DNA from: Bacteroidales bacterium
GTDB lineage: Bacteria; Bacteroidota; Bacteroidia; Bacteroidales; JAADJA01
Assembly (NCBI GenBank): GCA_016783885.1
Contig: JADHVR010000006.1
Coordinates: forward strand, 6,539 to 70,538
Direction of reading: 5' to 3'
Length of the DNA stretch: 64,000 nucleotides
Positions within the stretch are counted from its first letter, which is position 1, and each line of letters opens with the position of its first letter. This document shows positions 25,278 to 34,100 of this stretch, piece after piece. Below the pieces are notes generated by a model. The model was not told where the DNA came from and made no database searches. It saw nothing but the letters and a program-made list of their open reading frames with translations. The position numbers and the translations under genes are program-made.

Positions 25278-28200
25278 ATAAACAACAGGCACAGCAAATT
25301 ATTAAAGAAACCTTTGAAAACCCTTTTGACAAGGGGCGTTTTACGAATTTCATTAAAAACCTTTTGAACAGTTTTAATAACGCGCCCTTTACTTACCAGG
25401 GAAATTATATCCCCGATGCGTATAAACAATACATCAGGACACTGGAACGTATCGGCAAGTTCAGCGACGGGGAAAACAGCATTGATATCCTTGTCATAAC
25501 CTTACAGAAAGAGACATCCCTTGAACGCGCCCGTACCATGCAGCGTAATTTTATCGCCTGGTACTTAAACGGCAGCCGGGGCGGTGAAATGAAAGATGCC
25601 GCGCTGGCGGCATTTGTCTCTCCCTGTGAAGAAGACTGGCGGTTTTCGCTGGTCAAGATGGATTACAAATTTGAAAAAACCAAAACCGGCCTGTCTGCGT
25701 GCGGAGACGCACAGGCAGGCAGAATAAAGGTGAAGGAAGAATTCACTCCTGCACGGCGTTGGTCGTTTTTGGTGGGCGCCAACGAAAAAAGCCACACCGC
25801 CCAAAGCCGTCTGGTAAATATCCTCGCAAATGATGAACAAGCCCCGACCCAAAAAGAAATCGAAAAAGCCTTTGATATTGAAACTGTCACCAAAGAGTTT
25901 TTCCTCAAATACCGCGAGCTTTTCCTGCACACCAAAGAAGAATTGGACAGGGTTGTTACAAAAGATCCGAGAATCGCGGCGGATTTTGAGGCAAAGGGTG
26001 TTGATACTGTAAACTTTGCTAAGAAGCTATTGGGACAGATTGTGTTTCTCTACTTCCTGCAGAAAAAGGGATGGTTTGGTGTGGAGCGTGATGCGGACTG
26101 GGGTGACGGGTCCAAGCATTTCCTACGTGAACTGTTTGAGAAAAAACACGGAGATTACAAAAATTTCTTCAATGATATTTTAGAGCCGCTTTTTTATGAA
26201 GCCCTACGAACTGGACAGGAGAGAGAACATGAAGACTATTATTACAGCCGGTTCAACTGTAAAATTCCCTTCTTAAACGGCGGACTTTTTGATCCTATCG
26301 GCAATTACGATTGGGTGCATACCGATATAATTATTCCCGACAAGCTCTTTTCCAATAATATAAAAACCAAAGAAGGCGATACCGGAACAGGTATACTGGA
26401 TGTGTTTGACCGCTACAATTTTACCGTTAAAGAGGATGAACCGCTGGAAAAGGAAGTGGCAATCGACCCGGAACTGTTGGGTAAAGCCTACGAGAAATTC
26501 AATGCCATACGCCCGGATAATTATGATGAATTTAGAAAGGCATTAAAGAGCGGCAAAAAAGGCGAGGAAAACAAATTCAATAAAAAATTCGGCGTCTATT
26601 ACACTCCCCGTGAGATTGTGCACTACATGTGCCAGCAGAGCTTGATTAATTACCTGGCAACAAGTGTAACTCAGGCTTCCAGCCTGAATGACCACAGACA
26701 AGATGCCTGTGTTACTATAACCAAGGAAGATATCGAAGCTCTGATACATACCGGCGAGCATGTCAGCGAAAACGAAGCTCGAGTTATACAAGAAGGCAAA
26801 GAGACCAGAACCTATTTCCACAAACTGCCCGAAAGCATCCGCAACAACGCTGCACTGATTGACCAAAAACTGGCAGAAATCACAGTCTGTGACCCGGCAG
26901 TGGGTTCCGGCGCCTTTCCTGTGGGCATGATGAGCGAGATTGTGAGGGCGCGAAATGTGCTGACGACGTTTATTCACAGGCAGGATGCCTGTGCTACTTA
27001 TGAATTCAAACGCCGCTGTATTGAACATTCCCTTTACGGTGTTGACATTGACCCGGGTGCAGTGGAAATTGCAAAACTGCGGCTCTGGCTCTCGCTGATG
27101 GTGGATGAGGATGACATTAAAAATATAAAGCCACTGCCGAATCTGGATTATAAAATCGTCTGTGGAAATTCCCTGCTGGGCGTAGAGAAAGACCTTTTTA
27201 ATGCGCATCTGTTTTCAGAACTGGAAAAAATGAAGCCGCTGTTTTTCAACGAAACCAACCCCACCAAAAAACAGGAATATAAAAAGCAGATTGATAAACT
27301 GATAAGTGAAATAACCAGTGGACATACTGAGTTTGATTTTGAGGTTTATTTTTCAGAGGTGTTTTTGAGCGGAGCGAAATCCGCCTCTGGCGGGCACAAC
27401 AAAGGCGGGTTTGATATGGTGATTGCCAATCCACCGTACATAAAAGAGTATGTTAACAGGAGTGCATTTGATGGACTTAGGAACAGTCCATATTATATGG
27501 GCAAAATGGACATTTGGTATATTTTTGCTTGTAAAGGTATAGACTTGTTGAAGAACAAAGGGGTTCTTTGCTTTATTGCTCAAAACAATTGGGTTACAAG
27601 TTATGGTGCGAAAAAAATGAGAAACAAAGTATTATCTGATAGCAACATATTGCAATTATTGGATTTTGGTGACTATAAAATTTTTGAAAATACAGGTATT
27701 CAGACAATGATTATGCTTTTTCAAAAAATCCAGAATTCGTCCAGCTATAAATTAGATTTTAGAAGATTACATTTTTCTAACAAAGTTAATTTTAGTGATG
27801 TGTTGGTTCTGTTATCAAAAAGTGAAAATGAACATGTTGAATACTTAATACCTGATATTGATAGTGACAACTTGATTGATAAACCAATTGTATTTAGTAA
27901 TAGAGTATTCGAAAAAATACTTAATAAGCTAAAAGAGAAAAATAATTTTATTTTAGATGGGTATCAAGAAGTTGCGCAAGGTATTGTATATCCACAAGAC
28001 TTCCTAAATAAAAAAAATAAAGAGATATTAGGAAATGATTTCAACGTTGGACAAGGTATTTTTGTCTTGAGCAATGAGGAGAAAAACTCAATCCACTTTA
28101 CAGAAAACGAACTCAAATTAATTAAACCGGAATATACCACTAAAGAATCATTCAAGTATAATGCTAATCCCAGAAATAAATATTGGGTGATTTATACCGA

Positions 28201-28753
28201 TTCCAGTTTTAAGAATTTGAATAAAATAAATAAATACCCAAACATCAAAAAACATCTTGACAGATTCCGAAAAGTAATCACTTCTGATAATAAACCGTAT
28301 GGTTTGCATAGGGCAAGAGACGAAAAATTTTTCACAGGTGAAAAAATCATCTCAGTTAGGAAGTGTGCAGAACCAACATTCACATATACAGATTTTGACT
28401 GTTACGTTTCAGCAACTTTTTACGTAATCAAGTCCCAAAGAATTGATAATAAATTTTTGACAGCCCTTTTAAATTCAAAGCTTATTGCTTTTTGGCTAAG
28501 GCATAAGGGAAAAATGCAAGGAAATAATTACCAAATTGATAAAGAACCGCTTCTAAGTATACCAATTGTCAAACCGGGAAAAAACAAACAGGTACCAATA
28601 ATAAACTTGGTTGAAAAAATTCTTGCGAAAAAAGAGTTTAATAAAGATACCGACGATGAGGAGCGAGAAATCGACCAGCTTGTCTACAAGCTCTACAACC
28701 TCACCCCGGAAGAAATCAAAATCGTTGAAGGAGAAAATGAAAACGCTGATTGA
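25274..28753 (+). CDS. Eco57I-family (type IIG-like) N6-adenine DNA methyltransferase with TaqI_C-like target-recognition domain
   Basis: 1159 aa. AdoMet motif VCDPAVGSGAFP, catalytic motif VIANPPYIKEY, C-terminal NNYQIDKEPLLSIPI region. Contains three short in-frame palindromic insertions. Confidence 0.85.
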   Translation: MNKQQAQQIIKETFENPFDKGRFTNFIKNLLNSFNNAPFTYQGNYIPDAYKQYIRTLERIGKFSDGENSIDILVITLQKETSLERARTMQRNFIAWYLNGSRGGEMKDAALAAFVSPCEEDWRFSLVKMDYKFEKTKTGLSACGDAQAGRIKVKEEFTPARRWSFLVGANEKSHTAQSRLVNILANDEQAPTQKEIEKAFDIETVTKEFFLKYRELFLHTKEELDRVVTKDPRIAADFEAKGVDTVNFAKKLLGQIVFLYFLQKKGWFGVERDADWGDGSKHFLRELFEKKHGDYKNFFNDILEPLFYEALRTGQEREHEDYYYSRFNCKIPFLNGGLFDPIGNYDWVHTDIIIPDKLFSNNIKTKEGDTGTGILDVFDRYNFTVKEDEPLEKEVAIDPELLGKAYEKFNAIRPDNYDEFRKALKSGKKGEENKFNKKFGVYYTPREIVHYMCQQSLINYLATSVTQASSLNDHRQDACVTITKEDIEALIHTGEHVSENEARVIQEGKETRTYFHKLPESIRNNAALIDQKLAEITVCDPAVGSGAFPVGMMSEIVRARNVLTTFIHRQDACATYEFKRRCIEHSLYGVDIDPGAVEIAKLRLWLSLMVDEDDIKNIKPLPNLDYKIVCGNSLLGVEKDLFNAHLFSELEKMKPLFFNETNPTKKQEYKKQIDKLISEITSGHTEFDFEVYFSEVFLSGAKSASGGHNKGGFDMVIANPPYIKEYVNRSAFDGLRNSPYYMGKMDIWYIFACKGIDLLKNKGVLCFIAQNNWVTSYGAKKMRNKVLSDSNILQLLDFGDYKIFENTGIQTMIMLFQKIQNSSSYKLDFRRLHFSNKVNFSDVLVLLSKSENEHVEYLIPDIDSDNLIDKPIVFSNRVFEKILNKLKEKNNFILDGYQEVAQGIVYPQDFLNKKNKEILGNDFNVGQGIFVLSNEEKNSIHFTENELKLIKPEYTTKESFKYNANPRNKYWVIYTDSSFKNLNKINKYPNIKKHLDRFRKVITSDNKPYGLHRARDEKFFTGEKIISVRKCAEPTFTYTDFDCYVSATFYVIKSQRIDNKFLTALLNSKLIAFWLRHKGKMQGNNYQIDKEPLLSIPIVKPGKNKQVPIINLVEKILAKKEFNKDTDDEEREIDQLVYKLYNLTPEEIKIVEGENENAD
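25690..25719. repeat. Imperfect palindrome inside the MTase ORF (encodes ..LSACGDAQAG..)
   Basis: CCTGTCTGCGTGCGGAGACGCACAGGCAGG. About 12 pairs are possible, counting G-T wobbles. Shares CACAGGCAGG with the B hairpins. Confidence 0.55.
26666..26716. repeat. Miniature A+B hairpin element (51 nt, 17 codons) in-frame in the MTase ORF
   Basis: GTAACTCAGGCTTCCAGCCTGAATGACCACAGACAAGATGCCTGTGTTACT reproduces the left hairpin A and right hairpin B of the 22674-23387 element without the transposase. Translates as VTQASSLNDHRQDACVT. Confidence 0.8.
26975..26993. repeat. Solo B hairpin in-frame in the MTase ORF
   Basis: CACAGGCAGGATGCCTGTG, identical to 23364-23382. Translates as HRQDAC. Confidence 0.8.
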
Positions 28754-29068
28754 TCAGATAAAAGCGCAGGAGAGTGCAGCAAAAAACCGGTATAACAAAT
28801 CGTTCCACCTGACCTTTTTTCCACTGTCGCTCCAAAATGCAGGTGAACTCAAACGTCAACCAGCACTTCTTAAAAACAAAATCCTGTTCTGTTTTAGATT
28901 TATACTTAAATTCGCAGTATAAAACTTTTAAACTGGTGATGAACGGAAATGCAAAATTTGAAACACATAACTTTCGCAATATCAACACTATAATTTCTTG
29001 ATTATTTGCAAAGTTTATGCCTGCCCGTTTGTTCAGGAGGGCGTTTCAGTATATTTAAATCTACTTCC

Positions 29069-30328
29069 GTGAAAAGCAACTATATACGTATAGCGGTTCT
29101 GTTAGGCTCGATTTCAATAATCGGGATCATCCTTTTCCAGTTGTACTGGGTAAATAAATCATTCGACCTCGCTGAAGAACAATTTAACAAAACTGTTGAA
29201 ATAGCCTTGTATAATGTAGCGGAAAAGATGGCAACATTCACCGGCTCGGAATTACCTAATGAAAACCCGGTAAGGCAAATCTCATCCAATTATTTCATAG
29301 TGGATATCAACGATGTGATAGATGCCAGGATATTAGACCATTACCTTAAAACCGAATTTGAATACAGCAACATTAACATTGATTATGAATATGCCATTTA
29401 CGACTGCGAAACCGACAGAATGGTATTTGGTAATTATATCAATCCTTCGGATGCAAAAAATAATAAAAATAGAAAATTTCAGAAGTATGATGAATTTACT
29501 TACTATTTCGGGATAATATTTCCTTCAAAAACATTGTACATCCTGAACACAATGAATATTTGGGTAATTTCTTCATTTGTATTGATCACAGCCATCGTTT
29601 TCTTTGCTTATGCAATTTTTATTATCTTCCGGCAGAAAAGGCTCTCGGAAATTCAGAAAGACTTTATTAACAACCTTACTCATGAATTTAAAACACCTAT
29701 CTCCACCATCGGAATCTCTGCAAATGTTTTGTCCGATCCTGAAATAATAAAGGATGCGAACCGCCTTTCGAATTATGCAGCTATCATCGCCGACCAAAAT
29801 AAAAGGCTGGAAAACCAAATTGAAAAAGTGCTGCAGATTGCACGAATTGAGAAGAAAAAATTTACCCTTAAAGCAGAGGAAACTAACCTGCATGAAATTT
29901 TGAAACATGTTGCGAAAAGTTTTGAAATGAACATCAAAGATATGAACGGTAATATAAATCTCGATCTGCAGGCGAAAGAAACAAAAGTAACAGCCGATAA
30001 ACAACATGCAACAAATCTTTTCTACAATCTGATAGATAATGCCATTAAATTTTGCAGAAAGGAACCTGACATCACTATTAAAACATACAATTCGGGTAAC
30101 TCGTTGTATTTGGAAATTTCAGATAAAGGAATCGGGATTGAAAAAAAATATATATCAAAGATATTTGACAAATTTTTTAGGGTTCCGTCAGGAAACATCC
30201 ATAATGTGAAGGGTTTCGGATTAGGGTTGAATTACGTAAAAAGTATTATCATTGCACATGATTGGAAAATAAAAATTGAAAGTAAAGTAAATGAAGGAAG
30301 TAAATTTACGATAATTATTGTGGGGTAA
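29069..30328 (+). CDS. Sensor histidine kinase (HisKA + HATPase_c)
   Basis: ORF 29006-30328. Start uncertain (TTG 29006 or GTG 29069). Two TM segments. H-box NNLTHEFKTPISTI, N-box FYNLIDNAIKF, G-boxes DKGIGI and GFGLGL. Confidence 0.85.
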   Translation: MKSNYIRIAVLLGSISIIGIILFQLYWVNKSFDLAEEQFNKTVEIALYNVAEKMATFTGSELPNENPVRQISSNYFIVDINDVIDARILDHYLKTEFEYSNINIDYEYAIYDCETDRMVFGNYINPSDAKNNKNRKFQKYDEFTYYFGIIFPSKTLYILNTMNIWVISSFVLITAIVFFAYAIFIIFRQKRLSEIQKDFINNLTHEFKTPISTIGISANVLSDPEIIKDANRLSNYAAIIADQNKRLENQIEKVLQIARIEKKKFTLKAEETNLHEILKHVAKSFEMNIKDMNGNINLDLQAKETKVTADKQHATNLFYNLIDNAIKFCRKEPDITIKTYNSGNSLYLEISDKGIGIEKKYISKIFDKFFRVPSGNIHNVKGFGLGLNYVKSIIIAHDWKIKIESKVNEGSKFTIIIVG

Positions 30329-30373
30329 AGGTTTCAGGTTCTGATTTCTTTTTATTTTACTTTTATCTTTTTA

Positions 30374-30415
30374 CCCGCCCGAACGACTAACTTCGTTCAG
30401 TCGGGCGGGCTTTTA
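30374..30415 (+). terminator. GC-rich hairpin + T-run between the kinase and regulator genes (terminator or attenuator)
   Basis: CCCGCCCGAACGA...TCGTTCAGTCGGGCGGG followed by CTTTT, 12 nt before the regulator ATG. Confidence 0.5.
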
Positions 30416-30426
30416 TCTTGAAAACT

Positions 30427-31125
30427 ATGTTTCAAAGCAAACCGAAAATATTATATGTTGAGGATGACATTTACCTGAGTTATGTTACCAAAGATAACTT
30501 AGAGTTGAAGGGTTATGATATTACTTTTTGTAAGGATGGCAAAACTGCTTTTGAAACTTTTTCGAATAACAAATTCGACCTATGTATCCTGGATGTGATG
30601 CTCCCCGAGATGGACGGCTTTACCCTGGCGCAGAAAATCCGCGAATCAGACAAGGATATCCCTATTATTTTTCTATCAGCCAAATCACTTAAAGAAGACA
30701 GGATTACGGGATTTACAGTTGGAGGAGACGATTACATTACCAAACCTTTCAGCATAGAAGAGCTTGTATTAAAAATTGAAGTCTTCCTGAAAAGAAGCAA
30801 AATTACTAAGGGAATTGAGATACAAAGCCCTGTTCAAAAAATAGGCGATTACTTTTTCGATTCGAAAAATCTGTTGTTGAAAAATAAAGATGAAACAAAA
30901 AGACTGACCTCCCGCGAAGCTGATCTGCTGAAGTTTTTTGTTCTGAACGCAAACAAAGTCCTTAAAAAGGAAGATATCCTTAATGAAGTGTGGGGCGACG
31001 ACAGCTATTTCAACAGCCGGAGTCTTGACGTGTTTATTTCAAGATTAAGAAAATACCTCAAAAAAGATTCAAACATCCGGATCAATAATATTCACGGGAT
31101 TGGGTTTATTTTAGCGATTAGTTAA
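30427..31125 (+). CDS. OmpR-family response regulator (REC + winged-helix)
   Basis: KILYVEDD, DLCILDVMLPEMDG, IIFLSAK and KPF receiver motifs. C-terminal Trans_reg_C (LTSREADLLKFF..., RSLDVFISRLRKYL). Confidence 0.9.
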   Translation: MFQSKPKILYVEDDIYLSYVTKDNLELKGYDITFCKDGKTAFETFSNNKFDLCILDVMLPEMDGFTLAQKIRESDKDIPIIFLSAKSLKEDRITGFTVGGDDYITKPFSIEELVLKIEVFLKRSKITKGIEIQSPVQKIGDYFFDSKNLLLKNKDETKRLTSREADLLKFFVLNANKVLKKEDILNEVWGDDSYFNSRSLDVFISRLRKYLKKDSNIRINNIHGIGFILAIS

Positions 31126-31130
31126 TCTTA

Positions 31131-34100
31131 TTATTGAATAATAAACCTTTCTACATGAATTATATCATTATTTATCAGTTTTAAATAATATAAACCTTTG
31201 GTTAATTCAGAAAGATTTAACTTCTTAATGTATTTTTCCGAAGTGCAATTAACAGACTCATTATAAACTACCTGTCCGAAACTATTCAGTACATACATTT
31301 TAAAATTACCCTTTAATCTCCTGATTGTAATATAAAAAGTTCCGTTTGAAGGATTTGGTGATAAAGTAATATTGTAATTATTTTGTTTTTCAGGAATATA
31401 AGTACATTCATCAAAAGTAACAGTAATTGAATCACTGCCCTGACAATTATTACTATTAGTTACAATCACAGAAAATGTTTCAGAGCCAATTCCAACTCCT
31501 GTTGAATCAACGGTAATCATTTGAGTGGTTTCTCCTGTTGACCAAATATATGTAGCTCCGGGATTTCCTGCATCCAATGTTATTGTATTATAACAGCAAA
31601 TAGAAGTATCATTTCCCAGATCAACAACAGGAACCGGGGCAATGGTCAATGTCATATCATCGCTCAAATCACCTCCCTGTCCGTCATAAGCGGTTAATGT
31701 AAGTATTACTGATCCTGCATTAATATCTTCGATACCCGGTGTATAAACGGGATTTAAAATAGTATTATCGTCATAAGTTCCTGTACCGGAAGTTGTCCAT
31801 AGTAATGAAGTATAATTTGCAGCATTTCCTGAGCATGTAAAAGTGTATCCTGCACAAATAGTAGCATCTGCTCCTGCATTAACGGTTAATATTGATGCCG
31901 GAGGCAGTACAATATAATCAATCCAGCCACAATCACTTCCATTCGAAACGGACCAATCTTTAATATATACCCATTCGAAAGTATGTTCACCTGCTGATAC
32001 AGGATAAGCAGCCTTAGACCAACTTTCATTTCCCGACCATTTTTCTTGTATAATATTATCAACTAAAAAAACCAAATAATCATAATCTTCCTCTGAAGAC
32101 ACTTTTTTGTAAAATGAAATAGTATCATCAGCCATTACTTCGTAAGTAAGAGAAAGTATTGAAGATTGCATATCTCCTATGGCTCCTGATTTTGCACAAT
32201 ATGTACCTTCATAAGCATTTGAACTTGTAATTGTCCAGGGGCTGTCGCCACCGAAAGTCCAGTTAAACTGACCAAAACCTCCTGTTTCCCAATCTTCCAC
32301 AATCAAGCCTATGGTTTCGTAATAATAATTTAGCGCAGTATATAAACCCGATGAGAATATATAACAAAAGTCAACCGTTGTCCCAATCTGGGCTGAAGCA
32401 TCAACTGTTACATTAAAAACAGCATAATCAGTTTCGCATGAGGGAAGTGTCCCGAAATTATAAGTAGCATTATTAACAGTAACATCTCCGTTTGTTGTTG
32501 ACAAATTCCCGATAGAATTGATAGCATCGCTGCTTCCTGCGTTTGTTGTTGTAATAATAATATCTGCTGTTTCCCCTGGATCTAACCTGCCATTATTATT
32601 GCCTGTCGGATCAGAAACAAGCAATGCGCCAAATTCTATATTCGGAGCATGGGCTTCAATAATAAAATTGCTTATCCAATTATTTGTCCCATCTGTGGCT
32701 GTTACATCAAATAAAACATTATGTCCGTCAGGAATTAATTCTGAAACATTAAAAGCAAAACCATCTGCTATTGAAATTATTTCATTTGAAGGTATATTTC
32801 CATAATATTCGATATTATCAGTAATGGTAATAAATTCATCATCAGTACTTAATTCAACTGTAATATTATTTGCCTGTTGTGCCCCGACATTCTGCATCCC
32901 TAATGACAGAAGAATTGATTCGCCATAATCCATCAAACCATTTCCATTACCACTGTTATCATTAATTTCATAAGATTGCTGAACAATATAAGGACCATCT
33001 GAGTTTACGGTAATATAACTTTCTTTTATTTTAGTATCTGTACAACTGTCATTACTAACTGTTAATGTAACATCAAATATTCCGGGAACTTCATAAACAA
33101 TATTTACAGGATTTATTTCATTCGATACCGAAGGAGTACCACCATCGAATATCCATTCCCATGAATTCACCGTACCTGTTGAAAGATCAGTAAAATTAAC
33201 GCTTTCACCAGGGGATAATACTGTAACATCGGCAGTAAAATCAGCATAAACATCATTATCGTAAATAATAATATCGTCGATATACATCATATTTCCATGT
33301 CCGTTGTACGATTCGAACATAATTTTTACATCGGCATAACCTGCCCACGGGCTAAGGTCGATAGTATGGCAGTCGTCGCCATAACCTGCACCACACCAGT
33401 CGCCGGGAGATGAAGGAACAAACTCACTTGTAGTTGGTGAGTGTGTGGCAAAATCTTCACCTGCTTCAAATATTCTTTCCCAGCTTGTTCCGCAATCGGT
33501 AGAAATATAAATAATAACAGAATCCTTTCGTGTAGAGTTATAAATAGCATAAGCATGAGTGAATTTGAAATTTACAGTAGTATGTCCTGCAAAATTCAGC
33601 AAAGGCGTAATCAACCTGTCTCTTTGTCCTGTTGAAGTGTATTCGTAGAAGTTCATCCATGCAGCTTTACGGCTCGGCAAATTACCCGAAAGCTTATAAT
33701 ATCCGTCCCAGGTAATATTTCCGTCAGGATTTTCAATGGTCCAGTAATCTTTAAAAGTACCCACTTCAAAGGTCTCAGCAAAAGGCAACGTCAATCCGCC
33801 GGAATTAATCAAATTTGATTTTGTGATGGTATTACTTCCATTAGCATTTGAAACTGTTAATGTAACGGAATATACTTTTGCTTCATTAAACTGAACTTGC
33901 GGGTTTTGGGAATTAGCATTAGTACTGTTAACAAAAGTTACCGTATTAGGAACAAAATACCATTCCCATTCATCAGGAGTATTTAAAGACAGATCAACAA
34001 ATGAAAAAGTTTCTCCGACACAGGCATTTGTTTCATCCACATCAAAATCTGCTACGGGTAAAGCATCATTAGTAACAGTAATATAGTCTGTTTTGGTAAT

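Noticed and set aside
25274-25640. Looked for a PD-(D/E)xK nuclease motif in the MTase N-terminus, which would make it a bona fide type IIG restriction enzyme.
   Set aside because: The segment SIDILVITLQKETS has an Asp and a Lys but no convincing D...(D/E)xK spacing by eye. It is left unassigned pending a profile search.
26543-27208. 221-aa antisense ORF inside the methyltransferase gene, and similar antisense ORFs at 25405-25935.
   Set aside because: They are opposite a strongly supported CDS with canonical MTase motifs. No motifs are present, and they partly arise from palindromic inserts that read open on both strands.
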